Part shown: piece by piece, positions 52,201-59,181 of the stretch
Numbering within the stretch: position 1 is the first letter of the stretch
Layout: each line of letters starts with the position of its first letter
Assembly (NCBI GenBank): GCA_035221665.1
Contig: CM069131.1
Span: 5,580,001 to 5,644,000 of the forward strand
Length of the DNA: 64,000 nucleotides
Source: Okamejei kenojei
Taxonomy: Eukaryota
Direction: 5' to 3'
Program-made: the position numbers and the translations under genes
The notes under the pieces: model-generated
Databases searched by the model: none
What the model was told of the DNA's origin: nothing
The model's input: the letters and a program-made list of their open reading frames with translations, nothing else

Positions 52201-54060
52201 CCAGGTTAAACTGCATAAATGTATTTACCTGCTTGTCTAAATTACATTGGCCCTCTTTGCATCTCCTCATAGCTTCCATGCACTCTGTATCCTAGCTTTA
52301 TATCATCTGAAAGCTTGGAAATATTATATTTGGTTTCAATTACTCATATATATTTTTAATAGCTGGGACCCAGAGTTACCTGGTAAAGTACCCGTTTATT
52401 CCTCCTTTGTTTCCCAACCGCCAATAAATTCTCAATCCATATGACACCAACCAACTGCTTTATTGACTTATCGCTTTCGTGGATCTTTATCAGAAACCTT
52501 CTGAAAACCAAAACTATCTACTGTATTTCCCGGCAATGAAGACGCTAGAGAGAGTTCCTTCCACAGCGTGTGGGGAGTCTGGCCCGGGTCAGCATGGCTG
52601 GGATGCCAGGGGTAAAGTTGCGGGGAGGGCAGGAGCGTTGAGAAGGAGGGGGTCGGGGATCATGCCAGAAACTCACTCAGTAGCTCATGTGGCTGCGAGC
52701 GGCCGCTGGGACCAGACAGCAGAACTGCAGCTAGACCTGGGGCTCGCAGGTGACCTGGGAACTGCAGCTAGTCCCAGGACTCGCAGGTGACCTGGGAACT
52801 GCAGCTAGTCCCGGGGACGCAAGTTGATCTTGGAACTGCAGCTAGTCCTGGAGACGCAAGCTGATCTGGGAACTGCAGCTAGTCCCGGGACTCGCAGGCA
52901 ACCTGGGAACTGCAGCTAGTTGTCTTCATTGCCGGGAAATACGGTATGTTCTCACGTTCTCCCTGTTAGTTACACCCTCAAAATACAAATAGATTTGTTT
53001 AGTCAGATTTTCCTTTCATAACCTAAGGTGACTTTATCTAATCTTGTTAATAGGTTCCAAGTATTGTTATTACAAGTTCTATATTACTTTACAAAATTAC
53101 ATTGGTTAGTCAAATCTAATTTGCCCTTAATGAATCCATCTTACATCTGCTTAATCAACTCAAATTTTGCGAGATGCCTATTATTTTTTCTCTCTGGTTA
53201 TTTTTCTCTATCAACCTTCCCATGACACGGTTGCTGCATTTGTATTTCTGATTAACTGGCATTAATCTAACAAGGGTTGGGAGATTACAATGAGTCCTCC
53301 TGCTGTTTGAACCAATCCATAAACATCCAAATACGAATCTCATCCAGTTGAAGCCCTTTTCCACCAATTTGCACCCCACTGGGTGCTGCTGAGATTCTTA
53401 GATCAATATAAAGTTATTATTGTGGAGCCATGCCCTCCAGGCCTTTTCTTCAATTAGCTGCCTGGCCTCTAATCATTCCCAACCCACCCCTTATTGCTTA
53501 ATGACTATTCATAAAATAATTTTCACTTCCTTACACATTAAATATCATTGTATTCACAAATTCATCTTTTGTGCGTCTTACCTCTAAATTTCAACCTGTA
53601 TGTCCTTTTTGAAGTATTTTATATATAAACTCTTGAATTCACTAAAAATACTTTTATACACATTAATTTCCTTTCCATGAAACTCATAATTGAGTGATTA
53701 AAAAATTCCCAGCTTGCAGACACTTCATGCTATGGAAACTCGGAATGGAGTCTTGTGGACTCATGATTTAATAATTGATTATCCACCCGTGCAACACACA
53801 ATTTCAAAACTGCAACCTAATAAATTGTACTTAATCGTTATTTGACTTATTCAACATATAGCCCTTTCATCACTCAAATGACCTTGGCTGCCAACTAAAT
53901 TCTGGGAATATTAAACCATTTGCAGCAAATTGAATTCAGCATGAGCATAAAACATAAAGCACACCTTCTTCATCATCATCATCCTCATCATCTGAAGTTG
54001 ATGACAAGGGACTTGGTGCAGAATTAACTTGATTATTAGAAACATATCCACAGTGCATGC
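3976..54060 (-). CDS. SEC24B: SEC24B, COPII coat cargo adaptor (partial gene, 17 exons in window)
   Basis: Spliced exons give an uninterrupted frame: ...STSDDEDDDDEEGMDSSSSTSS...NYDSLEGG...[57 protein letters not shown]...CNLC...RSTDLLSL...GERRIRVHTLCLPV...IHPHLYRIDNLSDE. The acidic/NYDxLEGG linker and the RETHSALGPALQAA and REDPNQRS motifs fit SEC24B better than SEC24A (recalled human sequence). Confidence 0.93.
4220..4462 (+). mobile_element. Gypsy-like LTR remnant with primer-binding site
   Basis: TG start, AATAAA near 4400, followed by TGGTGACCCCGA (4451-4462), a typical Gypsy PBS. The canonical CA LTR end is absent and no internal ORF follows. Confidence 0.6.
4223..4237 (-). promoter_or_regulatory. 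CTCF consensus motif CCACCAGATGGCGCC
   Basis: Close match to the CTCF core; binding untested. Confidence 0.5.
4548..4843 (-). mobile_element. HE1/V-SINE-type tRNA-derived SINE
   Basis: tRNA-like head, V-domain-like core, (TAAAC)n tail. Further copies at about 16790-17070, 24695-25008, 35237-35525, 36600-36885, 54795-55140. Confidence 0.8.
5373..5549. mobile_element. Tigger/pogo-type MITE
   Basis: TIRs (T)CGTATTTCCCGGTG / CACCGGGAAATACGG with TA on both sides. Confidence 0.75.
6183..7130 (-). mobile_element. CR1 LINE 3' fragment (young)
   Basis: ORF2 C-terminus KKANGMLAFI...LVRPHLEYC...RMRGDLIETYK plus conserved CR1 3' end. Same 3' end at about 2240-2445, 11655-12005, 22143-22440, 44390-44665, 48240-48450. 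Confidence 0.9.
7525..7700 (-). CDS. SEC24B: SEC24B exon (176 nt): AVDRSVSSSLSDARDALVN...LYILALLKQ
   Basis: cttAG / GTacat; helical domain. Confidence 0.96.
7990..8507 (+). mobile_element. Penelope-like element 3' end with tandem pseudo-LTRs
   Basis: Two direct copies of CTGAAGAAGGGTCTCGAC...GATGCTG...GCTGAGTTACT, preceded by PLE 3' ORF-like sequence. Confidence 0.7.
9112..9222 (-). CDS. SEC24B: SEC24B exon (111 nt): GERRIRVHTLCLPVVSSVADVYTGADVQAITCLLATM
   Basis: tttcAG / GTaggt; conserved RRIRV motif. Confidence 0.97.
9880..10357. repeat. C/T-rich low-complexity tract and minisatellite
   Basis: About 480 nt that is mostly pyrimidine on +, with repeated CCCCACTCTTCCCCCTCTCTCCC units; source of the spurious Pro- and Gly-rich ORFs. 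Confidence 0.95.
10581..11132 (+). mobile_element. Non-autonomous Helitron, directly preceded by another Helitron 3' end
   Basis: 5'-like TATATTACTAAAA; 3' hairpin GGGACCCAATGGGTTCC then TTAG|T. Upstream 3' end: CAGACCCAACGGGTCTG hairpin plus CTAG at 10577-10580. Confidence 0.75.
12260..13497 (-). mobile_element. CR1 LINE fragment (older) with (TA)n at 13177-13228
   Basis: FADNIK, RGIEYKSPEVMMQFYRTLVR and MRGDL motifs in broken frames. Confidence 0.85.
14020..14565 (-). mobile_element. CR1 LINE 3' fragment
   Basis: KGLDRVDVERM...FFSQRVVNLWN. Same subfamily at 26865-27620 and about 61050-61680. Confidence 0.85.
14853..15026 (-). CDS. SEC24B: SEC24B exon (174 nt): GLSIHTFHGNLFVRSTDLLSLANINPDSGF...LLYTSSN
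   Basis: tacAG / GTaggt; beta-sandwich domain. Confidence 0.97.
15935..16093 (-). CDS. SEC24B: SEC24B exon (159 nt): ACMSKYSAG...RKIGFEAVMRIRCTK
   Basis: tacAG / GTaata. Confidence 0.97.
16377..16704. mobile_element. PIF/Harbinger-type MITE
   Basis: TIR AGCCCTGTCCCAC / GTGGGACAGGG; CpG-rich interior shared with the 33840, 43717 and 58861 copies. Confidence 0.8.
17160..20590 (-). mobile_element. Older CR1 (ORF1 esterase remnant plus ORF2 fragments) interrupted by a younger CR1 at about 19273-20435
   Basis: VPEDCRVAIVIPLFKKG...NYRPVSLTSVVG, FADDTKLGG, and ORF1-like WCSGRRFTFLGNWDLLW...LN. Confidence 0.8.
20752..20875 (-). CDS. SEC24B: SEC24B exon (124 nt): GAQHLGPATDFYKKFALDCSGQQVAVDLFLLSGQCSDMATL
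   Basis: ttcAG / GTaaga. Confidence 0.96.
21160..21420 (+). mobile_element. LINE ORF2 C-terminal fragment (CR1/L2 group, distinct family)
   Basis: RLTCFYKM...RSRRGH...YSNSFFPRTIKAWN terminal motif. Confidence 0.75.
22764..23251. mobile_element. Harbinger-type MITE (different interior)
   Basis: GGGGCTGTCCCACTTGGGCGACCTAAT / ATTAGGTCGCCCAAGTGGGACAGCCCC TIRs; TAA and TTA flanks. Confidence 0.82.
24073..24279 (-). CDS. SEC24B: SEC24B exon (207 nt): LIEDLLEVLPKMF...SREDPNQRSTIK
   Basis: gtgcAG / GTaatt; inside ORF 24040..24435. Confidence 0.96.
28320..28760 (-). mobile_element. Penelope-like element 3' end / pseudo-LTR
   Basis: EEQHLIF-type PLE C-terminus and an intact CTGAAGA-stem-GAAACGTC motif at 28499-28526 (minus). 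Confidence 0.75.
30374..30429 (-). CDS. SEC24B: SEC24B exon (56 nt): DIFIPTPDSLLVNLHESNE
   Basis: cacAG / GTaggt; phase 1 to 0 fits. Confidence 0.94.
30570..31740 (+). mobile_element. Degraded CR1 LINE
   Basis: Remnants of the RT core and LLRPHL...VQFWSP. Confidence 0.8.
32887..33005 (-). CDS. SEC24B: SEC24B exon (119 nt): LPGDSRTRIGFITFDSTVHFLNLQEGLSQPQMLIVSEIE
   Basis: cttAG / GTacaa; manual translation. Confidence 0.96.
33659..33771 (-). CDS. SEC24B: SEC24B exon (113 nt): LRPPQPAVYLFVFDVSHNAVESGYLNICCQSLLENLDK
   Basis: ttgcAG / GTaaga; start of trunk domain. Confidence 0.96.
33840..34154. mobile_element. Harbinger-type MITE in a short SEC24B intron
   Basis: TTA|AAGCCCTGTCCCAC ... GTGGGACAGGGCT. 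Confidence 0.82.
34300..34409 (-). CDS. SEC24B: SEC24B exon (110 nt): VPEEFMYNPLTRSYGEPHKRPEVQAATVEFIASSDYM
   Basis: ttgcAG / GTaaaa; manual translation. Confidence 0.96.
34550..36132. repeat. 132-bp inverted repeat pair (34550-34681 and 36001-36132)
   Basis: Reverse-complement match with 3 mismatches by manual alignment. Confidence 0.92.
36235..36525. mobile_element. hAT (Charlie-like) MITE
   Basis: TIR CAGGGGTCGGCAACCT / AGGTTGCCGACCCCTG; 8-bp TSD TATTAGAT / GATTAGAT (7 of 8). Related partial end at about 44700-44797. Confidence 0.88.
37164..37290 (-). CDS. SEC24B: SEC24B zinc-finger exon (127 nt): [42 protein letters not shown]
   Basis: ttcAG / GTaagt; CxxC...CxxC Sec23/24 zinc finger. 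Confidence 0.97.
39227..39624. mobile_element. hAT-type non-autonomous element nested in a CR1 3' end
   Basis: TIR CAAAGATCCTATA / TATAGGATCTTTG; perfect 8-bp TSD GTTCAAAC (39219-39226, 39625-39632). Confidence 0.88.
40480..42161 (+). mobile_element. Defective Tc1-like transposon with IR/DR long TIRs
   Basis: TA|CAGTGCCCTCC ... GGAGGGCGCTG|TA; TIRs of about 220 bp with internal direct repeat CATAATGTTTGGGAC. Transposase is split over ORFs 40942..41421 (HTH, GRPR) and 41376..41906 (VKHGGGGVMAW, QQDNDPKH, SPDLNPIE); the first catalytic-Asp segment is disrupted. Confidence 0.95.
42762..42864 (-). CDS. SEC24B: SEC24B exon (103 nt): [34 protein letters not shown]
   Basis: ctcAG / GTaatt; not in the ORF-track frame, translated by hand. 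Confidence 0.96.
43020..43520 (+). mobile_element. Rex1/Babar-type LINE 3' fragment
   Basis: NLSW..H....AHQCLNFLRRLRKFG and RFRDSFFPAVIR motifs. Similar fragments at about 21780-22050 and 63200-63630 (minus). Confidence 0.75.
43717..44044. mobile_element. Harbinger-type MITE
   Basis: TAGCCCTGTCCCACGGTGCGAGTTCATTC / GAATGAACTCGCACCGTGGGACAGGGCTA. Confidence 0.85.
45437..45745. mobile_element. Harbinger-type MITE nested in a Penelope 3' end (about 45295-45960)
   Basis: TTA|AGGCCCTGTCCCAC ... GTGGGACAGGGCCT|TTA, perfect 3-bp TSD. Confidence 0.9.
46251..46435 (-). CDS. SEC24B: SEC24B exon (185 nt): PFSNMNQLSSSMEGLS...VNLLQERNILP...LRKLNCNP
   Basis: ttgcAG / GTaagt; Sec24 VNLxQERNILP motif. Confidence 0.95.
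47048..47350. mobile_element. Harbinger-type MITE (opposite orientation to the 16377, 33840, 43717 and 58861 copies)
   Basis: TTA|AGGGCCTGTCCCAC ... GTGGGACAGGCCCT|TTA. Confidence 0.9.
47385..47569 (-). CDS. SEC24B: SEC24B exon (185 nt, Pro-rich linker): DLTSSDNKAP...GIQQFTQ
   Basis: ttgcAG / GTaggg; phase 1 to 0 matches both neighbours. Confidence 0.85.
49771..49857 (-). CDS. SEC24B: SEC24B exon (87 nt, phase 1-1): GMDSSSSTSSSTNTSLPNNYDSLEGGNNQ
   Basis: ttttAG acceptor, GTgact donor; inside ORF 49616..49882. Confidence 0.9.
50040..51010 (-). mobile_element. Penelope-like retroelement body (degraded RT and GIY-YIG endonuclease)
   Basis: WTISDNSLPILDLSVSI...KPTDSH (PLE RT thumb) and RCGLLYIGET (GIY-YIG) near 50080-50115; pseudo-LTR sequence at about 51560-51900. 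Confidence 0.85.
52521..52944. mobile_element. Tigger/pogo-type MITE with an internal minisatellite of about 37 bp
   Basis: TA|CTGTATTTCCCGGCAATGAAGAC ... GTCTTCATTGCCGGGAAATACGG|TA; GAACTGCAGCTAG repeated 6 times at 52720-52920. Confidence 0.88.
53965..54060 (-). CDS. SEC24B: SEC24B exon (96 nt, phase 1-1): GMHCGYVSNNQVNSAPSPLSSTSDDEDDDDEE
   Basis: tttacAG acceptor, GTgtgc donor; resembles the vertebrate SEC24B SAPTPLSSTSDDEEEE segment. Confidence 0.88.
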
Positions 54061-55456
54061 CTGTAAAGTGGAAAGCACAAAACAAAGAAAATTAAGCAGA
54101 GCAAAGAATAAAAATCACAGCGCAAATCATTCAATCAGCTTAAAACAGATCAACAAGTTAGTAGGATGCAAAACAATCTGTGAATAAACCAGCCAGCGCA
54201 CATAATGGATCAAAAATTAATAAAGACTCTCCACAGGTGTCTGTACATGTTATGAACCACACTGAAAAAAATATTGGTTTGGGTTCTTAAGTCACTTTTC
54301 CATCAACCAACTTGCATAGAAAACGCATCGATTGTCTAAAATGCATCTGCCTCTATTGACAACTAAGTATGGAGACTACCTCAGTAAGTTCCCAAGCACA
54401 GATACAGATTAGGAAACAAGGCTTCTAAACATGCTGCACTGATAGGTAACAATAAGCAAAGTGTGATAGGAACGGACAAAGCATATAACAATAAAAAAGG
54501 TAACAAGTCAGTATAGAAGGCTCTTTATCGGAATGTACACAGCACAAGACAGTATCCCTTACTGAACTAATAGCACAAATAAAATCTAAATGGGTAAGAT
54601 CTAATAGCCATGAGATTACAGGTGCAAAGAATAAAAGGCAGAGAAAATATTTTTCTATGAATAAACAGAATGGAAAGGGAGGACAATTAAAAACCACTCA
54701 GAAAATTAAAATCACAATCAGTTTGAGTGATGGTAAGAAATCATGAAGGAAATAAATCATTGGTGTGAGTAAACTGCAGGCTTCCTTACAACAGCTTAGT
54801 TTAGTGTAGAGATACAACAAGGAAACAGGTCTTTGAGCCCTCCGAGTCTGTGTGCACCATCCATCCCCCATGAATGGTAGAACTGCTGCCTCACAGCGCC
54901 AGAGACCTGGGTTCAATCCTGACATCGGTGCTGTCTCTGTGTGGAGTTTGCACGTTCCCCCCGTGATTGTATCGGTTTCCTCCCACACCCCACAGTTGTG
55001 CAGGTTTGTAGGTTAATTGGCCTCTGTAAATTGCCGCTAGTGCGTAGAAGGTGGGAACACATAGAACTAGTGTGAACGAATGATCAATGGTTGGCGTGGA
55101 CTCAGTGGGCTGAGGATCTGTTTCCATGCTGTATCTTGAAACAAAACCCATTCACACTAGTTCTAAGCTATTCCACTTTCTCATTTTCACCACAAATGTA
55201 GCATCGATATTCAAGTCGAGGGAATATAGTAATGAGAGAACTATATGCCTGTTAGCCAAACGTCTGCTGCTAAGTAAATGCTGAAATCAAATACAATTAC
55301 TACCCAGAGGACTCTTGGAAAATCATTATACTTCACGGCAGAATTTGCATGGTTTTATTGAAGGAAACAGTGTTCGTCAACTTTCGTATATGCGAGGAAG
55401 CATTTGGAAGGGTTGGACAAAACATGTCCAATGGATGTATTATATTTAGATTTATA

Positions 55457-56818
55457 CTAGACTAAGTGGGACCCGTTGGGTCCCAGTATCACACGGGAGG
55501 GCTGGTCCCCCAACGCAATATTCCACCTCTCCATCAATTCCAATATTGGTGGTCAGTGGTGGGGGGGGGCTTTCTGGAGTGCTAGTATAGGTGTTGTGGG
55601 CTGAAGGGACTGGTTTCCAGAGGGCTAGTATGGACATTGTGGGCCAAATGGATTATTGGGCTGGCAACTCAGTCACTCAAGCCTGTCGTGTTGGCAGCTC
55701 ACTCACTCACGGCTGGTGGGCTGGCAGTTGACTCACGGCTATTCCTTGAAATTCCATTTCAAGCAGGGTGCAAGGCCACCAAATTCAAGTGCAGTTTCTT
55801 ACCACTTCAAGCAGGGTGCAAGGCCACCAAATTCAAGTGCAGTTTCATACCATTTCAAGTAGGGTGCAAGGCCACTAAAGACAGTGAGTCGTGACCTCTT
55901 CCTCCTCCATCTTGCAGATTCTTAGCCACGCCCACACTTCTGAGGTTTATAGTCCCCCCCCACCAGAAGGGGCGTGGCCTTCATGGCGTTATTGACAGGA
56001 GAGAGCATCTCAACATTTTTTAAACACTAATAACTCTTTTATTTTTAATCGATGGGAAAGTCCTTGACACCTGATGAGCGGTGGGGGACTCAAAGATGGT
56101 CAAAAATCACTGCCGTACGTCTTAGCGTTCTTTCTAAAATCAATATAAAGCGCAAACAGGAAGTGGTCAAGATTAGACTTTTAATTATATAGAAGGCAAG
56201 GCAACATTAATTAGGCACGGCAACTTTAATTAGCCAAGGCAACTTTAATTAGGCAAGGCAACTTTAATTAGGCAAGGCAACTTTAATTAGGCAAGGCAAC
56301 TTTAATTAGGCAACACAGCTTTAGCATTTCCAAACCAAAGGCAACACAGCTTTAGCATTTACAAACCAAAGGCAACACAGATTTAGCATTTACAAACCAA
56401 AGGCAACACAGCTTTAGCATTTCCAAACTATATTTTCAAACCACATTAAGGGCACTGACAGGTCATTAAAACCACTCACAGTTTAGTAGACACGTGTTCA
56501 GTGTTATTCACAGCTCAGACTGAGAGACGTGACCCTCTTGCTCCCCCATCTTGCAGAGTGACTGAGGCACTTAACACTTCCGGGTTTTATAGTTCCTCCG
56601 GAAGGGGCGTGGCCTTCAGGAGAGAGAATCTCAACCTTTTTTAAACACTAATAACTCTTTTATTATTCATCGATGGGAAAAATCCTCTTGTCCAGCGCAG
56701 CGGAGGATGACTCTGAGTAAGATGGCCAAAAATCACAGCTGTCAGTGGCAGCGTTTTTTCTAAAATCAATATACAGAACAACAAGAAGTGGTCAAGATCA
56801 GATTTTTAGTAATATAGA
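55457..56818 (-). mobile_element. Complete non-autonomous Helitron with duplicated 5' region
   Basis: Minus strand: A|TCTATATTACTAAAA ... GGGACCCAACGGGTCCC hairpin ... CTAG|T, inserted at an AT site with no TSD; internal 19-bp and 31-bp tandem arrays. Confidence 0.88.
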
Positions 56819-57139
56819 TGAAGGAATCAAAGACCTCACAAAGAAAGTTCTGCTCTCATCTCCAATAATTTCCAACCAATGGAAGTCAATGTGTGCAATG
56901 TCAACCTTAAATCTATCATAATTAACACTTCTTTAGAAACTACTGGCTTCGGTTAGAGAAAACAGCAAGAATGATCAAAAGTTTAAAGAACTAGTTATAA
57001 ATGCAAGGAATTCCTGGACCATCATCATTTCAGAGAAAATGAAACTGGTGCACAGGCCTCTAAACGCTGAGATCCAAATAAAACCGGCAACCTATAGAAA
57101 ATACAAGAGTGAGACCAAGAACATTTCTTAGGCCTCCAT

Positions 57140-57510
57140 CGATCATGGCTGACCATGGGTGTCTCCAGGGTGCTTTTGCCTATATGGAGGACGCCTGTGC
57201 GTGACTTTGTTTAACGTGGGGAGACTGGTGCACAGACAGCCACCCCACAGTTTTTGACAGATCTGGGTCAGGATCCAGTGGCATGGAGTCCTAGATGACT
57301 GGAGACCCTTTTCTGCTGCAGCCTTCATCCACCTTCCCAGCCATTGTGAAGCTCCACTAAGGTCAGCCATCGTCCTCCGCCTGTTCCACCATTGAGGTCT
57401 TGGTTGAATTGCCCTTTGTCAGAGACCTCCCCCTCGACCTTACCACCGTCGGAGTCCCTACCAGGAGCATAGCTCCAGACGGCATCGCTCTCAGGATCTC
57501 AGGTCCACAC
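57140..57510 (-). mobile_element. RTE (Expander/Rex3-like) derived short element
   Basis: Minus-strand GTCTGGAGCTATGCTCCTGGTAGGG resembles recalled RTE-clade 5' UTRs; no ORF. Confidence 0.5.
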
Positions 57511-57616
57511 ATGACTCTGTGCATTTACCATATGATTTTTGTCACAACCAACTCTTTAATCTTGCTGACCTTAAAGCATAGATCATGGTTTTGTTTAGTT
57601 TAGAGATACCGCTAAC

Positions 57617-57955
57617 TGGAAATGCTAAAGCTGTGTTGCCTATGGTTTGGAAATGCTAAAGCTGTGTTGCCTAATTAAAGTTGCCTTGCCTAATTTAAGT
57701 TGCCTTGCCTAATTAAAGTTGCCTTGCCTAATTAAAGTTACCTTGCCTAATTAAAGTTGCCTTGGCTAATTAAAGTTGCCGTGCCTAATTAATGTTGCCT
57801 TGCCTTCTATATAATTAAAAGTCTAATCTTGACCACTTCCTGTTTGCGCTTTATATTGATTTTAGAAAGAACGCCAAGACGTACGGCTGTGATTTTTGAC
57901 CATCTTTGAGTCCCCCACCGCTCATCAGGTGTCAAGGACTTTCCCATCGATTAAA
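57617..57955 (+). repeat. Inverted copy of Helitron internal segment at about 56044-56362
   Basis: Near-identical reverse complement, including array variants. Confidence 0.9.
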
Positions 57956-58860
57956 TGGAAATAGGCCCTTTGATCAACCAAATCCATGCAACCATCAACG
58001 ACCCAGTAGTTCAATGGCATCCCACGTTCTCTTCCATGCCTTACACATTGGGGGCAATATCAGAGTGGCCAATTCATCTGTAAATCCATATGTCTTTGGG
58101 ATTTGGGAGAAAACTAGAGGAAACCTAAGCGGTCACATAGAAGACGTACAAGCTCCATACTGGCAGCACCCAAGGTCAGTATTAAACCCTGGTCTCTGGT
58201 GTTGTGAGACAGCATCTCTAGCAGTTACACCACAGTGCCGCCCTGTTCTGCACCATGACAAAACGCTCTAGAGCTCTTTCAAAATTGACGTTTTCTTCCT
58301 TAAAATTTGTAACTATCTGATTTTATAAGGTGGATAATTGATTCCTTCTGTGATCAGCTTTGCTAACATCTGCTTTAATTACACAATTTTGTTGCTGACA
58401 ACGCTTCATCAGGCGAAGAAATTGGATTAAAAATCTCAGTAAACTGCAAAAAAAAGTAGATTTGCATCCAAAACATTTGATGAAATGCAAGTCAAGAAAC
58501 TGCAGATGAGCAGTTTGTCCCATTTCAGTGTTTTCAGTACTTTCTGCTTTATTTTAATTATATGCATATCTATGTAGTTTAGGTTCCAGAGCATTAAATG
58601 CTAAATTATGCTGTCATTAAATACAGTCTTTGCACAGATTTTCTTAGATATTTATTCAGTTATATTACATTTTTCTTGGACTTAAAAAAAAAAAAACTTG
58701 CATGTTCAAAATGTAATAATGTTTAATTGTCATTTTCACACAGTTTAATCGTAAGTTTTATGTATAAGTGAAACATTAACTTCCAGGAGGTTTACACTTT
58801 ATGATTTAATTTTTATTCATGCTTCCTGCACTGTATTCTGTGTTCAGTATTGTCCAGTTA

Positions 58861-59181
58861 AAGCCCTGTCGCACAGTACGAGTTCATTCCAAGAGCTCTC
58901 CAGAGTTTAAAAAAAAAATCAAACTCGTGGTAAGCGGGGAGAATGAACGTAGTGGGTACGTCGGAGCTCGCGGACGTCTCTTAGCGCTAACGGCGGGTAC
59001 TCGGGAAGACTCGCTAACGGCAGGTAAGCACGGGAAGACTCGTGAAGATTTTTCAACATGGTGAAAAATGTCCATGAGAGCCCCGAGTACCGACGAGTGG
59101 CCATTACCTTAAATCTCCGAGATAGAATCAGGGCAAACTCGGGAGAACTCTTGAATGAACTCGTACCGTGGGACAGGGCTT
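58861..59181. mobile_element. Harbinger-type MITE
   Basis: TTA|AAGCCCTGTCGCAC ... GTGGGACAGGGCTT|TAA. Confidence 0.85.

Noticed and set aside
3976-54060. SEC24A assignment or pseudogene status
   Set aside because: Linker motifs fit SEC24B; all 17 exons are stop-free with canonical splice sites and compatible phases.
56193-56430. Regular short repeats resembling a CRISPR array (also 52720-52920)
   Set aside because: Tandem units with no unique spacers, no cas genes, and a vertebrate intron context.
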